Shown piece after piece: positions 51,105-61,877 of a stretch of 64,000 bases of DNA (the stretch's first letter is position 1; each line of letters begins with the position of its first letter). Below the pieces are notes generated by a model. The model worked only from the letters and a program-made list of their open reading frames with translations, did no database searches and was not told the DNA's origin. This DNA is from Stegostoma tigrinum. Lineage: Eukaryota. The DNA lies in NCBI RefSeq assembly GCF_030684315.1, contig NC_081355.1, positions 75,478,924-75,542,923 on the forward strand, written 5' to 3'. A program made the position numbers and the translations under genes.

Positions 51105-51188
51105 CTGTAGCACAAAAATTAGGAACTACATATTGTGAAGACTTTAAAAGAAAGACAGAACGTTTTTTTTCTTTCAGAAGTACTGTAC

Positions 51189-51336
51189 CTTGAAAACCAA
51201 CTTAGTATTTTCATCTTCTCGTAACAAAGTCCTGTAAAGATATACCCACTGTGAAACAATGCGTAGCACTTTGCGCTTTCGATACAAGCTGTTATCTGAG
51301 CCTTCTTGTTTTTCTGTAAATGTCTTTGAACAATAG
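51189..51336 (-). CDS. RAPGEF5: RAPGEF5 exon, REM region: (H)YCSKTFTEKQEGSDNSLYRKRKVLRIVSQWVYLYRTLLREDENTKLVFK
   Basis: 148 nt, phase 2 to 0. Donor AAG|gtacag. Acceptor is non-canonical (...tac|C TAT) and preceded by a U12 branch point. Matches the recalled human HYSAKKYQGKEENSDVPRRKRKVLHLVSQW. Confidence 0.88.
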
Positions 51337-51355
51337 GTAGCACTCAGTCAAGGAA
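51337..51355 (-). promoter_or_regulatory. U12-type (minor spliceosome) branch point and AC 3' splice site
   Basis: Minus strand reads TTCCTTGAC tgagtgct AC|exon. The branch A is about 11 nt from the junction, and there is no polypyrimidine tract plus AG at the homologous boundary. Confidence 0.8.
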
Positions 51356-53939
51356 AATATCTTTGTGATTAAGACAAAAACAATTTCTTACATGTATTGT
51401 ACATCCAGTCTGTTTGTGGAAGTCAGAATATGATTTATTTTCTGGCTCTGATGTTTGGGAGAAGTCAATATAGGAGACCAATCTTTCTATGTACATGGGT
51501 TAATCAGTGACCAACTGAAATGATGCTGACTGCCATGAGCTTATGGAGCTGCTTCTGCCTCTATAAGTGCTGAAGAAGTCTAACAATCAATATTTAGTTC
51601 AATATGTCTGAACACCAGCAACAGTATGCAGTATTTAATGGAAATTCAATAAGCTTAACACAATGGTATGGTTACAAACATTGTCCACTGATGCTCAGTC
51701 TGTGTTCCAAGAGTAGCAGACTTTATCTTAACTTCTCAGTCTCTCAAAAGATATTCTTCCAGTATGAAGCTCCTCACATAAATATCGTGTTTAACACTTT
51801 CATCCACTCTGGGATTTATCTTCATCAATTTAAATTCACGGTTTCTAATTCATAAGGTAAATTGTTGTGCTTGTGCCTGCTGCCTATTAGAACAAAATTG
51901 CACCATTTTAGTTCAGCAATATTTATTGGTTCGTGATTCCTCTAAATGCATTCCTGGTTGGAGCACAAGGAATATGAGTGGACATGACATCAAAACAAAC
52001 ACGGACTGACCAGAATGAACTTCTCAATTGGGCAATTAATTTGCTAGGGATGCCCACGTCCCACTTAAAAACGCAGCAGCTGCTGTCACAATCTCACAAG
52101 AGGAAAAAAATTGATAAAATATTATCAGTGCCCTTTAAAATATTAATTAGTTCAAAAGAAATGATGATTATGTACTGCCCAGTCCCCAAGGGTGAATGGT
52201 AGCTCCTATAATTATGTCTGTCAAAAAATACCCAACAATGTTGTCCTAAATCAATTATCTTACTTCAATCAATTGCAGGATCATAGCCAGTCTCAATGTA
52301 TGTTGTAACCAGGTTTTCCATTAAATAAAGTTACCCTCTTCTCGCCTGGAGAAGGGCTCAGATTCAAAGACCTTGCTTTTTGGGACATGAAATGATTTGC
52401 TAACTGCACTGGCAGTTCAAGCATCTTTCTGGGTATCAAAGAATCAGCTTATTTCCTGCCATTAATTTTTTCATCTCTTCTAACCTTTTTCAGATGATAT
52501 AAATTTCCAGACTGTATTCATGTGATGAATGTGCAACCATTCTGTAAATAATTGGAGCTCCAGAATGTAAATTTGGACTTTGTAATTCAGATCCTGAATG
52601 TATCAGCTTATCTCATTCACTATGTAGGGATTTGGCAGCACTGAGTTTAAAATGTTAAATTTTGTTATTAGATATTAGCTCAATACTATACGCTCTCATG
52701 GCCTTTACTTTTCTTCTCTTAGATGTGCTGAATCTTAGTGGGTTAATGATCCACCAGCATTAACCACATATTGTACCTAAAATAAATGGCCATCCTTCAC
52801 ATGGCCAAGTAGACAATGAGTGATACAGATTCAACAACCATCAAGAAATATCCTAGCAAAGCCAACTCAGTTCTCATTCAAATATTTGCTATTTTCCACC
52901 AGCAGTCAGTCATGTTTATGGGGAACAGAAACCTTGGTCGATCTTCTTCCTCCCTTTTGGCATTTAGATAAATATTGACAATTTTACTCTTGTACTGACA
53001 AAGATTATTAAAGAAGCATGGACCAGCGATGAGATCTGGGTCTCTTCTGGTCAGGAGAATTGAATTTCACACTGGGCAGTGTCTTCACCATCATTGTTTG
53101 ATGAGCAACGCGGACTATAGTGAGATTTGCCACAGAATTGGACAAGAAGTCCAGTGAAGACCATCTCAAGGTCAGAAACCTCTTGTTCCACCTTTTACGC
53201 TTTTTTCAAGCAGAGTGGTGTGTTTCTTGCTAGTTGGCAATTGAGGGGGTATTATTGCTTATTAAACAGCTTACTGAATACACCTTGTTAATATTCGGCT
53301 TCCTATTTTATGAGGTGCATTAGAGAGCTAGGCATCAAGAAAACTCAACGTGGAAATTACAGCATATACGTGGTGAAGCCAGCTGGCCCCTTGCTCCAAG
53401 AAAGCCTCCATTTTGGATACACAATGCCAACATCCCCGGATCCGCTCCACAGGCACTTGCTGTATACACTCCACATCCACAGGCATTGACATCTGACATT
53501 TGCCTGCCTCTACGAACCCTCGTTGCATATCTCTGATTCACTTACAAGATGCTTCTGCACTTTGGGCTCCAACTATGACATAACACTGCAGCTGTGCTGT
53601 CAGGAACACACTCAGCTCAGGGGCTGGACCAGGCTGTATCACAGTTCTTTGCTTGTTCTCATAGCACTCACTCAATGTGAGCTGACCTGGACGTTCACAG
53701 CAACTCTGCCTTCCATTGCATTGCCTTGCTGTGCCTTTTTGCACATTGCCCCCTCATCCAAAGATACAAGGCTCACATTGCTTCAATCTTGATCTTCCAT
53801 CTCACACAGACAAAGAAGCAAAGAGGTTTAGTTGTCAGCAAACCTCAGTCAAGTCAAGAGGGGCAGTTTTTGCTCAGGGGGTTTCAACACAATATACTAA
53901 CGGCAGCCTCTGATATCAGTCCAGGATCTTGGATACGGT

Positions 53940-54200
53940 CAATTAGCCACTGGGGAATGTCAGAGTCAAGATGCTCTCCACACAGTGAGTGAAGGCCATT
54001 AACTTCCTCCTGACAATATTCTTCTTCTGTACCTAGGTAGTGACCTCAAACCAGCTTGGCATGGCCTAATGTCACGGCCTCTTCTCCTAGTTCTGAGGGA
54101 CCAGGAAATCCCACCTGTGCACCAACCTAGCCAACAGGAGACAATCACCTGCCATATCTGTTCAGACCTGTGTCCCCATACTTGGAGTATCACAGATGGG
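53940..54200 (-). pseudogene. Possible Harbinger Myb/SANT-like ORF remnant
   Basis: Degenerate DLA...GLVHRWDFLVP...KRP....SWFEVT..V....VRR pattern with stop codons. Confidence 0.5.
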
Positions 54201-54879
54201 GGCTGTACTGGGAAATTGCCAAGACAATCATGTGGGACGTCAGAGGTCGTGAGCTGTTGTCGTGTAACATTTTGTTTTATCTTTCAACCTTCTCAAGTGT
54301 ATGTGATATGATTTTGGTATCCATCAATGCTCTTTCAACTGAGAGAATAGGCTGTCAGTAAAATTATTAGCTGCTAATGCCGTTCCATCTTTTAACCAAT
54401 TGCAAAGTACAAACACAGGCAAATCTCACTGTTATGAAACTAAGTCAGAAAGATTTCTGCAGATATACCGCAGAGGAAATGTGGCCATTTATACATCGTT
54501 TAGATCATTAAAAGCTCGGTACTCTTACATACAAGGACAAGAACCTCTCGTTAACAAGTTACGTAATCCCAAAAATTATAGCCCATGAAATACAAGAAGT
54601 ATCCTTAACTGCAGTTTGAATTGGGTTTAAATGACTAGCCACAAAGATGCTAGGGTTCTCCCATGTTTTATACTATTATTGAATATAACATACAGTAACA
54701 CTGTTTCTTTGTAGCTTTGGTGTGATACAGTATACAATTAATGTATCAGAGGAGCAAAGAAACAATGGATATACACTTTGCTTTTCTGCAACAGCTCAGG
54801 AAATGTTTTTACATTAATGGTACTTTATATTGTAAACCAATGTTTCGTGAAAACACACTGACCTTGAAATTCCTCAGAG

Positions 54880-55940
54880 TGTTTGAACAAGGGGAGGGCA
54901 GATGATGTAGTTTGCATGAATTTCTGAAAGGCCTTTGACAAGGTCCCACATGGGAAACTCAAAGAAGGTTAAAGCTCATGGGATCCAGGGAAGCTTGGCA
55001 AGTTGGATCCAAAATTGGTTTAGTGCTGGGAGACAAACGATGGTCATAGAAAGCTGTTTGTGTGACTGGAGCCTGGTGTGCAGTGGCATACCCAGGGATC
55101 CGTGCTGGCTCCCTTATAGTTTGGGATATTCACAAATGATATAGATCGTGGAAGGCATGATAACTAAGTTTGCAGATGACACAAAGACTGGCTGGGCAGT
55201 TGACAGTGTGGAGGAAAGGAATATTCAATGAATGGCAGGACACTAGGAAGCTCAGAACAACAAATGAATCTTGGGGTATTTGTCTGCAGGTTCCTGAAGG
55301 AAACAGGTCAGGTTAATAGGGTGGTTAAGAAGGAATACAACATACTTGCTTTTCTCAGTTGTGACAAAGATTAAAAGCAGGGAGGTTATGTTGAAGCTAT
55401 GTAGGATTTTGATTCGGCCACAGCTAGAATACTGCGGGCAGTTCTGGTCACTGCATTATAAGAAAGATGTGATTGTACTGCCTCGGATAGAGCATTTCAA
55501 TGATGAAACGAAGCTGCGATAGGATTAGGGTTAGGGATAATCTCAAGTTGCTTTCTTTCGAGCAAGAAAGGCTGAGAAGGAGCCTGATAGAGGTGTATAA
55601 GATTCTAAGGGACATATTCAGGGAAGATAAGAAGCAGCCATTCCCCTTAAATAAAGGAAGGGTCAAGAAGAGAAGACACAGTTTTAAATTTACAGGTATA
55701 AAGTTCAGAAAGGATTTGAAGAAAACATTTTCTCATCCAGAGAATGGTGGGGATTTGGAATGCACTGCCTGGGGGTTGGGGGGGAGGTTAGCTGAGGCAG
55801 AGAACCTCACAATCCTTTAAAAGGTAATTGCATGAGCATTTGAACCATCATACCATTCAAGGCTATTTGTCTAGTGTGGGAAAGTGTGACAGGTAAGGGA
55901 GTTGCGTCTTTTTGGTGGTACTGACTCAATGGGTCAAAGG
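54880..55940 (+). mobile_element. CR1 fragment with internal deletions
   Basis: KAFDKVPH, WIQNWFS, KFADDTK, LIEVYKIL. Confidence 0.87.
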
Positions 55941-56010
55941 GTATTGTATGATTCTATGAACCCACTGAAATCATCCTAGAGCCCACCACAGGTTTAGTCT
56001 GGGTTTTATT

Positions 56011-56012
56011 TA

Positions 56013-56053
<41 letters not shown>
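56011..56053. repeat. (TA)n/(CA)n microsatellite
   Basis: tatatatgtgtatatatatatatatatatatatatacacacac. Confidence 0.95.
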
Positions 56054-56054
<1 letters not shown>

Positions 56055-56331
56055 AGTACAGACAAATGGCCAGATTAGGGGGAGATCAGTTGGACTGACT
56101 GATACTGCATGTACATTCCATTACACCTTTAAAACCTAACATTCATGGGTGAGGCAACGTTTCAACAACAACACTATTTATAATAAATGTTGTTGAAGAC
56201 CCTACCCTAGAATTCTATGAGAAGTAAATAATCATCAATTAGTTAGTTGGAATGAAAAGTGTTAGAAAACGGTCTTTAAGTTTTGGTATACGACATTAAA
56301 TTCAAACCAAATAGATGGATCAGAATGTTTT

Positions 56332-56953
56332 AGAACATAGAACATAGAACAATACAGAGTAGAACAGTCCCTTTGGCCCTTGATGTTGCGCTGACCTGTG
56401 AACTAATCTAAGCCCCTCCCTCCTACACTACCCCATCATTATCCATATGTTTATCCAAGGACTGTTTAAATGCCCCAAACGTGGCTGAGTTAACTACCTT
56501 GTCAGGCAGGCAGGCTGCTCCACGCCCTTAACACTGAGTAAAGAACCTGCCTCTGACATCTGTCTTAAATCTATCACCCCTCAATTTGTAGCTATGCCCC
56601 CTTGTACAAGCTGAAGTCATCATCCTTGGAAAAAGACTCTAACTATCCACGCTATCCAATCCTCTGATCATCTTGTATGTCTCCATTAAATCCCTTCTTA
56701 GCATCCGTCTCTCCAATGAGAACTGACACAAGTCCCTCAGCCTTTCTTCAAAGGGCCTGCACTCCAGACCAGGCAACATCCTGGTAAATCTCCTCTGCAC
56801 CTTTTCCAATGCTTCCACATCCTTCCAGTAATGGGGCGACCAGAACTGCATGCTATATTCCAAATGAAGCCGCCCTAGCATTTTGTACAGTTGCAGCATG
56901 ACATCACGGCTCCAGAACTCAATCCCTCTATCAATAAAACATAACACACTGTA
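56332..56953 (-). mobile_element. CR1 LINE 3' part (host element interrupted by the Penelope insertion)
   Basis: (TTCTATG)n tail at the left end; ORF2 C-terminus LEYSMQFWSPHY...VQRRFTRMLPG. Confidence 0.93.
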
Positions 56954-56964
56954 CATAACATAAC

Positions 56965-57730
56965 ATGATGCATTTTGGAAGGTCGAATTTGAAAGCTGAG
57001 TACAGGATTAAGGATAGGATTCTTGGCAGCGTGGAGGAACAGAGGGATCTTGGTGTGCAGATACATAGATCCCTTAAAATGGCCACCCAAGTGGACAGGG
57101 TTGTTAAGAAAGCATATGGTGTTTTGGCTTTCATTAACAGGGGGATTGAGTTTAAGAGTCGTGAGATCTTGTTGCAGCTCTATAAAACTTTGGTTAGACC
57201 GCACTTGGAATACTGCGTCCAGTTCTGGGCGCCCTATTATAGGAAAGATGTGGATGCTTTGGAGAGGGTTCAGAGGAGGTTTACCAGGATGCTGCCTGGA
57301 CTGGAGGGCTTATCTTATGAAGAGAGGTTGACTGAGCTCGGTCTCTTTTCATTGGAGAAAAGGAGGAGGAGAGGGGACCTAATTGAGGTATACAAGATAA
57401 TGAGAGGCATAGATAGAGTTGATAGCCAGAGACTATTTCCCAGGGCAGAAATGGCTAGCACGAGGGGTCATAGTTTTAAGCTGGTTGGTGGAAAGTATAG
57501 AGGGGATGTCAGAGGCATGTTCTTTACGCAGAGAGTTGTGAGAGCATGGAATGCGTTGCCAGCAGCAGTTGTGGAAGCAAGGTCATTGGGGTCATTTAAG
57601 AGACTGCTGGACATGTATATGGTCACAGAAATTTGAGGGTGCATACATGAGGATCAACGGTCGGCACAACATTGTGGGCTGAAGGGCCTGTTCTGTGCTG
57701 TACTGTTCTATGTTCTATGTTCTATGTTCT
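56965..57730 (+). mobile_element. Young 5'-truncated CR1 LINE
   Basis: Uninterrupted 223-aa ORF2 C-terminus (RDLGV, VRPHLEYCVQFW, FFTQRVV), 3' UTR and (TTCTATG)n tail. Confidence 0.95.
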
Positions 57731-60700
57731 ATAACAAAACATAACATCACTGCGAAGCCTCTTCCAGGGATGCCTAACCTGAAGAAGTTACCCTCCTCCC
57801 TCCGGACCAACCTCAGGGAATCTCTCTCCCACTGCAACTCTCTTGTAATCTCTTCAGCCTTGAAACTGCTCGACCATGTCCTGAAGCAAACCAGGTACCA
57901 CAGCCACATCACCTTCCTCAGCACCTGCCTACGGAACCGGATCATCCCCATTGGACTACAGTCTACATTCAAGCCTTCCCAGTTTGGCCCCAACCGTGAC
58001 CACCTCTACACCCAGAATATTCAGACCCTCCAAAAGCGTTTCTCCCTGCGAGTCCTGAACAGACACTCTCAGCCATGTGCCGGCACCTCCAGGCACTGCA
58101 ATCCAGCCTGCCCCAGCTCAGAGCCTCCCTCTCCCAAACTGCAAAGGACCTCTGCTGTTTTTTGTCCTCCGCAGGATCCACAAACTGAACACCCAGTTTT
58201 ACTCAGCTTTACTGGACACCAAAAATCTAAGTACAACAAACTCACTGGCTCCTGCCACCCACAAGGGGATTCCTGCGCCTCCCATATCCCGAGCCTATCC
58301 CTGCCCCTCCCCGACCATGCACCCGCTGCCACTGACCATGAGGACACGGCCGGACACCCCACCAATGACGTCACGCCCGCCTCCGCTGGGCACACCACTT
58401 CCGGGACCGCTGCTGCAGTCACCGCCTCCGCTTCCAGTTACAACACCACACACACCACCCTCACCGCAGCTGCTGCCGCCCACCCGGCTCCTCCCACCGC
58501 CGACGGAACCCCGCGGCCGACGCCGACGGAACCCTGCCGACGGCCGACAACCTCATGACTCTGCCCACAACCTCCACAGCCAGCAACCCCACAGTAGACA
58601 GCCACACTGAGCCCTACCGAATCTTCACCATCCCCCCAGACCTCCCACTAACTGAGGACGAACGGTCAGTCCTAAGCAAGGGGCTCACCTTTGTCCCCCT
58701 ACAACCACACATCAATGAATACCAGTCACGGTTGGACATAGAACAGTTTTTCCGCCGCCTTCGCTTCCACGCTCACTTCTTCAACCGGGAACCTAACCCT
58801 CCCTCCACTGACCCCTTCACCCACTTCCAACGCAAGTCCTCCTCCTGGACACCACCCCCAGGCCTCCTACCTTCCCTCGACCTCTTCATCTCCAACTGCC
58901 GTCGAGACATTAACCGCCTCAACCTCTCCACCCCTCTCACCCACTCCAACCTCTCCCCCGCAGAACGGGCAGCCCTCCGCTCCAACCCCAACCTCACCAT
59001 CAAACCCGCAGACAAGGGTGGCGAAGTGGTAGTATGGCGCACTGACCTCTACATCGCCGAGGCCAAACGCCAACTCTCCGACACCTCCTACCACCCCCTC
59101 GATCATGACCCCACCCCCGAGTAACAAATCATCATCTCCAACACCATTCATGACCTCATCACCTCAGGGGACTTCCCACCCACAGCCTCCAACCTCATTG
59201 TTCCCCAACCCCGCATGGCCCGTTTCTATCTCCTTCCCAAAATCCACAAACCTGCCTGCCCTGGTCGACCCATTGTCTCAGCCTGTTCCTGCCCCACTGA
59301 ACTCATCTCCACCTATCTGGACACCATTTTCTCCCCTTTGGTCCAGGAACTCCCTACCTACGTACGTGACACCACCCACGCTCTCCACCTCCTCCATAAC
59401 TTCCAATTACTGGCCCCCAACACCTCATTTTCACCATGCACCTCCAGTCCCTATACACCTGTATTCCGCATGCAGATGGTCACAAGGCCCTCCGCTTCTT
59501 CCTCTCCCGCACGCCCGACCAATCCCCCTCCACCAACACCCTCATCCGCCTAGCCGAACTCGTCCTCACCCTCAACAACTTCTCTTTCGATTCCTCCCAC
59601 TTCCTACAGACAAACGGGGTGGCCATGGACACCCGCATGGGCCCCAGCTATGCCTGCCTCTTTGTAGGTTACGTGGAACAGTCCCTCTTCCACACCTACA
59701 CAGGCCCCAAACCCCACCTCTTCCTCCGTTACATTGATGACTGTATCAGCGCCGCCTCTTGCTCCCCAGAGGAGCTCGAACAGTTCATCCACTTCACCAA
59801 CACCTTTCACCCCAACCTTCAGTTCACCGGGACCATCTCCAGCACATCCCTCACCTTCCTGGTCCTCTCAGTCTCCATCTCAGGCAAACAGCTTGTAACT
59901 GATGTCCATTTCAAGCCCACCGACTCCCACAGCTACCTAGAATACACCTCCTCCCACCCACCCTCCTGCAAAAATTCCATCCCCTATTCCCAATTCCTCC
60001 GCCTCCGCCGCATCTGCTCCCACGATGAGGCATTCTACTCCCGCACATCCCAGATGTCCAAGTTCTTCAAGGACCACAACTTTCCCCCCGCAGTGGTCGA
60101 GAACGCCCTTGACCGCGTCTCCTGCATTTCCCGCTAGGCATCCCTCACACCCCGCCCCCGCCACAACCGCCCAAAGAGGATCCCCCTCGTTCTCACACAC
60201 CACCCCACCAACCTCCAGATACAACGCATCATCCTCCGACACTTCCGCCATCTACAATCCGACCCCACCACCCAAGATATTTTTCCATCCCCACCCTTGT
60301 CTGCTTTCCGGAGAGACCACTCTCTCCGTGACTCCCTTGTTCGCTCCACACTGCCCTCCAACCCCACCACACCCGGCACCTTCCCCTGCAACCGCAGGAA
60401 ATGCTACACTTGCCCCCACACCTCCTCCCTCACCCCTATCCCAGGCCCCAAGATGACAGGTTCACCTGCACATCTGCCAATGTGGTATACTGTATCCATT
60501 GTACCCGGTGTGGCTTCCTCTACATTGGGGAAACCAAGCGGAGGCTTGGGGACCGCTTTTCAGAACACCTCCACTCGGTTCGCAATAAACAACTGCACCT
60601 CCCAGTCGCGAACTACTTCCACTCCCCCTCCCATTCTTTAGATGACATGTCCATCATGGGCCTCCTGCAGTGCCACAATGATGCCACCCGAAAGTTGCAG

Positions 60701-60783
60701 GAACAGCAACTCATATTCCGCTTGGGAACCCTGCAGCCCAATGATATCAATGTGGACTTCACCAGCTTCAAAATCTCCCCTTC

Positions 60784-60895
60784 CCCCACTGCATCCCAAA
60801 ACCAGCCCAGTTCGTCCCCTCCCCCCACTGCACCACACAACCAGCCCAGCTCTTCCCCTCTACCCACTGTATCCCAAAACCAGTCCAGCCTGTCT
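60784..60895 (+). repeat. Tandem repeat, about 39 bp x3, at the end of the Penelope ORF
   Basis: Unit cccactg(c/t)a(t/c)c(c/a)(a/c)aaaccagcccag... repeated three times. Confidence 0.8.
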
Positions 60896-61135
60896 CTGCC
60901 TCCCTAACCTGTTCTTCCTCTCACCCATCCCTTCCTCCCACCCCAAGCCGCACATCCATCTCCTACCTACTAACCTCATCCCACCTCCTTGACCTGTCCG
61001 TCTTCCCTGGACTGACCTATCCCCTCCCTACCTCCCCACCTATACTCTCCTCTCCACCTATCTTCTTTTCTCTCCATCTTCGGTCCACCTCCCCCTCTCT
61101 CCCTATTTATTCCAGAGCCCTCACCCCAACCCCCT

Positions 61136-61167
61136 CTCTGATGAAGGGTCCAGGCCCGAAACATCAG
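61136..61167 (+). ncRNA. Minimal hammerhead ribozyme motif in the Penelope 3' terminal repeat
   Basis: CTGATGA (61138-61144), A, stem II GGGTC/GGCCC, GAAA (61158-61161), then C-ATC; a sister copy has GAAACGTC. Only about 2 bp of stem I are visible, so activity is unproven. Confidence 0.7.
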
Positions 61168-61269
61168 CTTTTGTGCTCCTGAGATGCTGCTTGGCCTGCT
61201 GTGTTCATCCAGCCTCACATTTTATTATCTTGGATTCTCCAGCATCTGCAGTTCCCATTATCACTCCCA

Positions 61270-61877
61270 ATAACACACTGTAAGACTTCTTAACAACACA
61301 ATCAACTGGGGTGGCAACTTTCAGGGATCTATGTACATGGACACCAAGATCCCTCTGCACATCTACACTACCAAGAATCTTTCCATTGATCTGGTATTCT
61401 GCCTTCCTATTATTCTTCCCAAAGTGAATCACCTCACATTTATCCGTATTAAACTCCATTTGCCACCTTTCAGCCCAATTCTGCAGTTTATCCAAGTCTC
61501 CCTGCAACCTGCAACATTCTTCCACAATGTCCACCACTCCACCGACTTTAGTGTCATCTGCAAACTTACTCATCCATCCACCTATGCTTGCGTTCAAGTC
61601 ATTTATAAAAATGACAAACAGCAGTGGATCCAAAACAGATCCTTGTGGCACACCACTAGTAACCGGACTCCAGGCTAAATATTTTCCATCAACCACCACT
61701 CGTTGCCTTCTTACAGAAAGCCAGTTTCTAATCCAAACTGCTAAATCTCCCTCAATCCCGTGCCTCTGTATTTTCTCCAATAGCCTACCATATGGAACTT
61801 TATCAAAGGCTTTACTGAAGTCCATGTACACCACGTCAATTGCCTTTCCCTCTTCCACATGCTTGGTCACCTTTTCA
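61270..61877 (-). mobile_element. CR1 LINE, upstream continuation of the same host element
   Basis: RT motifs DFSKAFDKV, VPQGSVL, KFADDTK. The frame joins across the insertion as KKSYSVL|CFIDRGIEF. Confidence 0.93.

Larger units (their letters stand above)
5199..51336 (-). other. RAPGEF5: RAPGEF5 gene, 3' portion (14 coding exons; 5' exons lie beyond the window end)
   Basis: The spliced exons give one open frame of 452 residues after a split His codon. It is colinear with vertebrate RAPGEF5 as recalled ([55 protein letters not shown]) and differs from RAPGEFL1 and RAPGEF3/4 at these motifs. Confidence 0.93.
57746..61265 (+). mobile_element. Penelope-like retroelement (Neptune type), near full-length, inactivated by stops and frameshifts
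   Basis: N-terminal HITFLSTC...IIPIGL; RT motifs [44 protein letters not shown]; Cys linker CNRRKCYTC; GIY-YIG domain NVVYCIHC...LYIGETKRRLGDRFSEH. Premature TAA at 59122-59124 and TAG at 60135-60137. Confidence 0.95.

Noticed and set aside
54764-54773. ATATCCATTG on the minus strand as the U12 donor
   Set aside because: Deviates from ATATCCTT, and the adjacent sequence does not encode the expected ...LCQALL-H exon end.
57715-60867. Many overlapping Pro/Gly-rich ORFs on both strands
   Set aside because: Shadow frames of the C-rich Penelope ORF.
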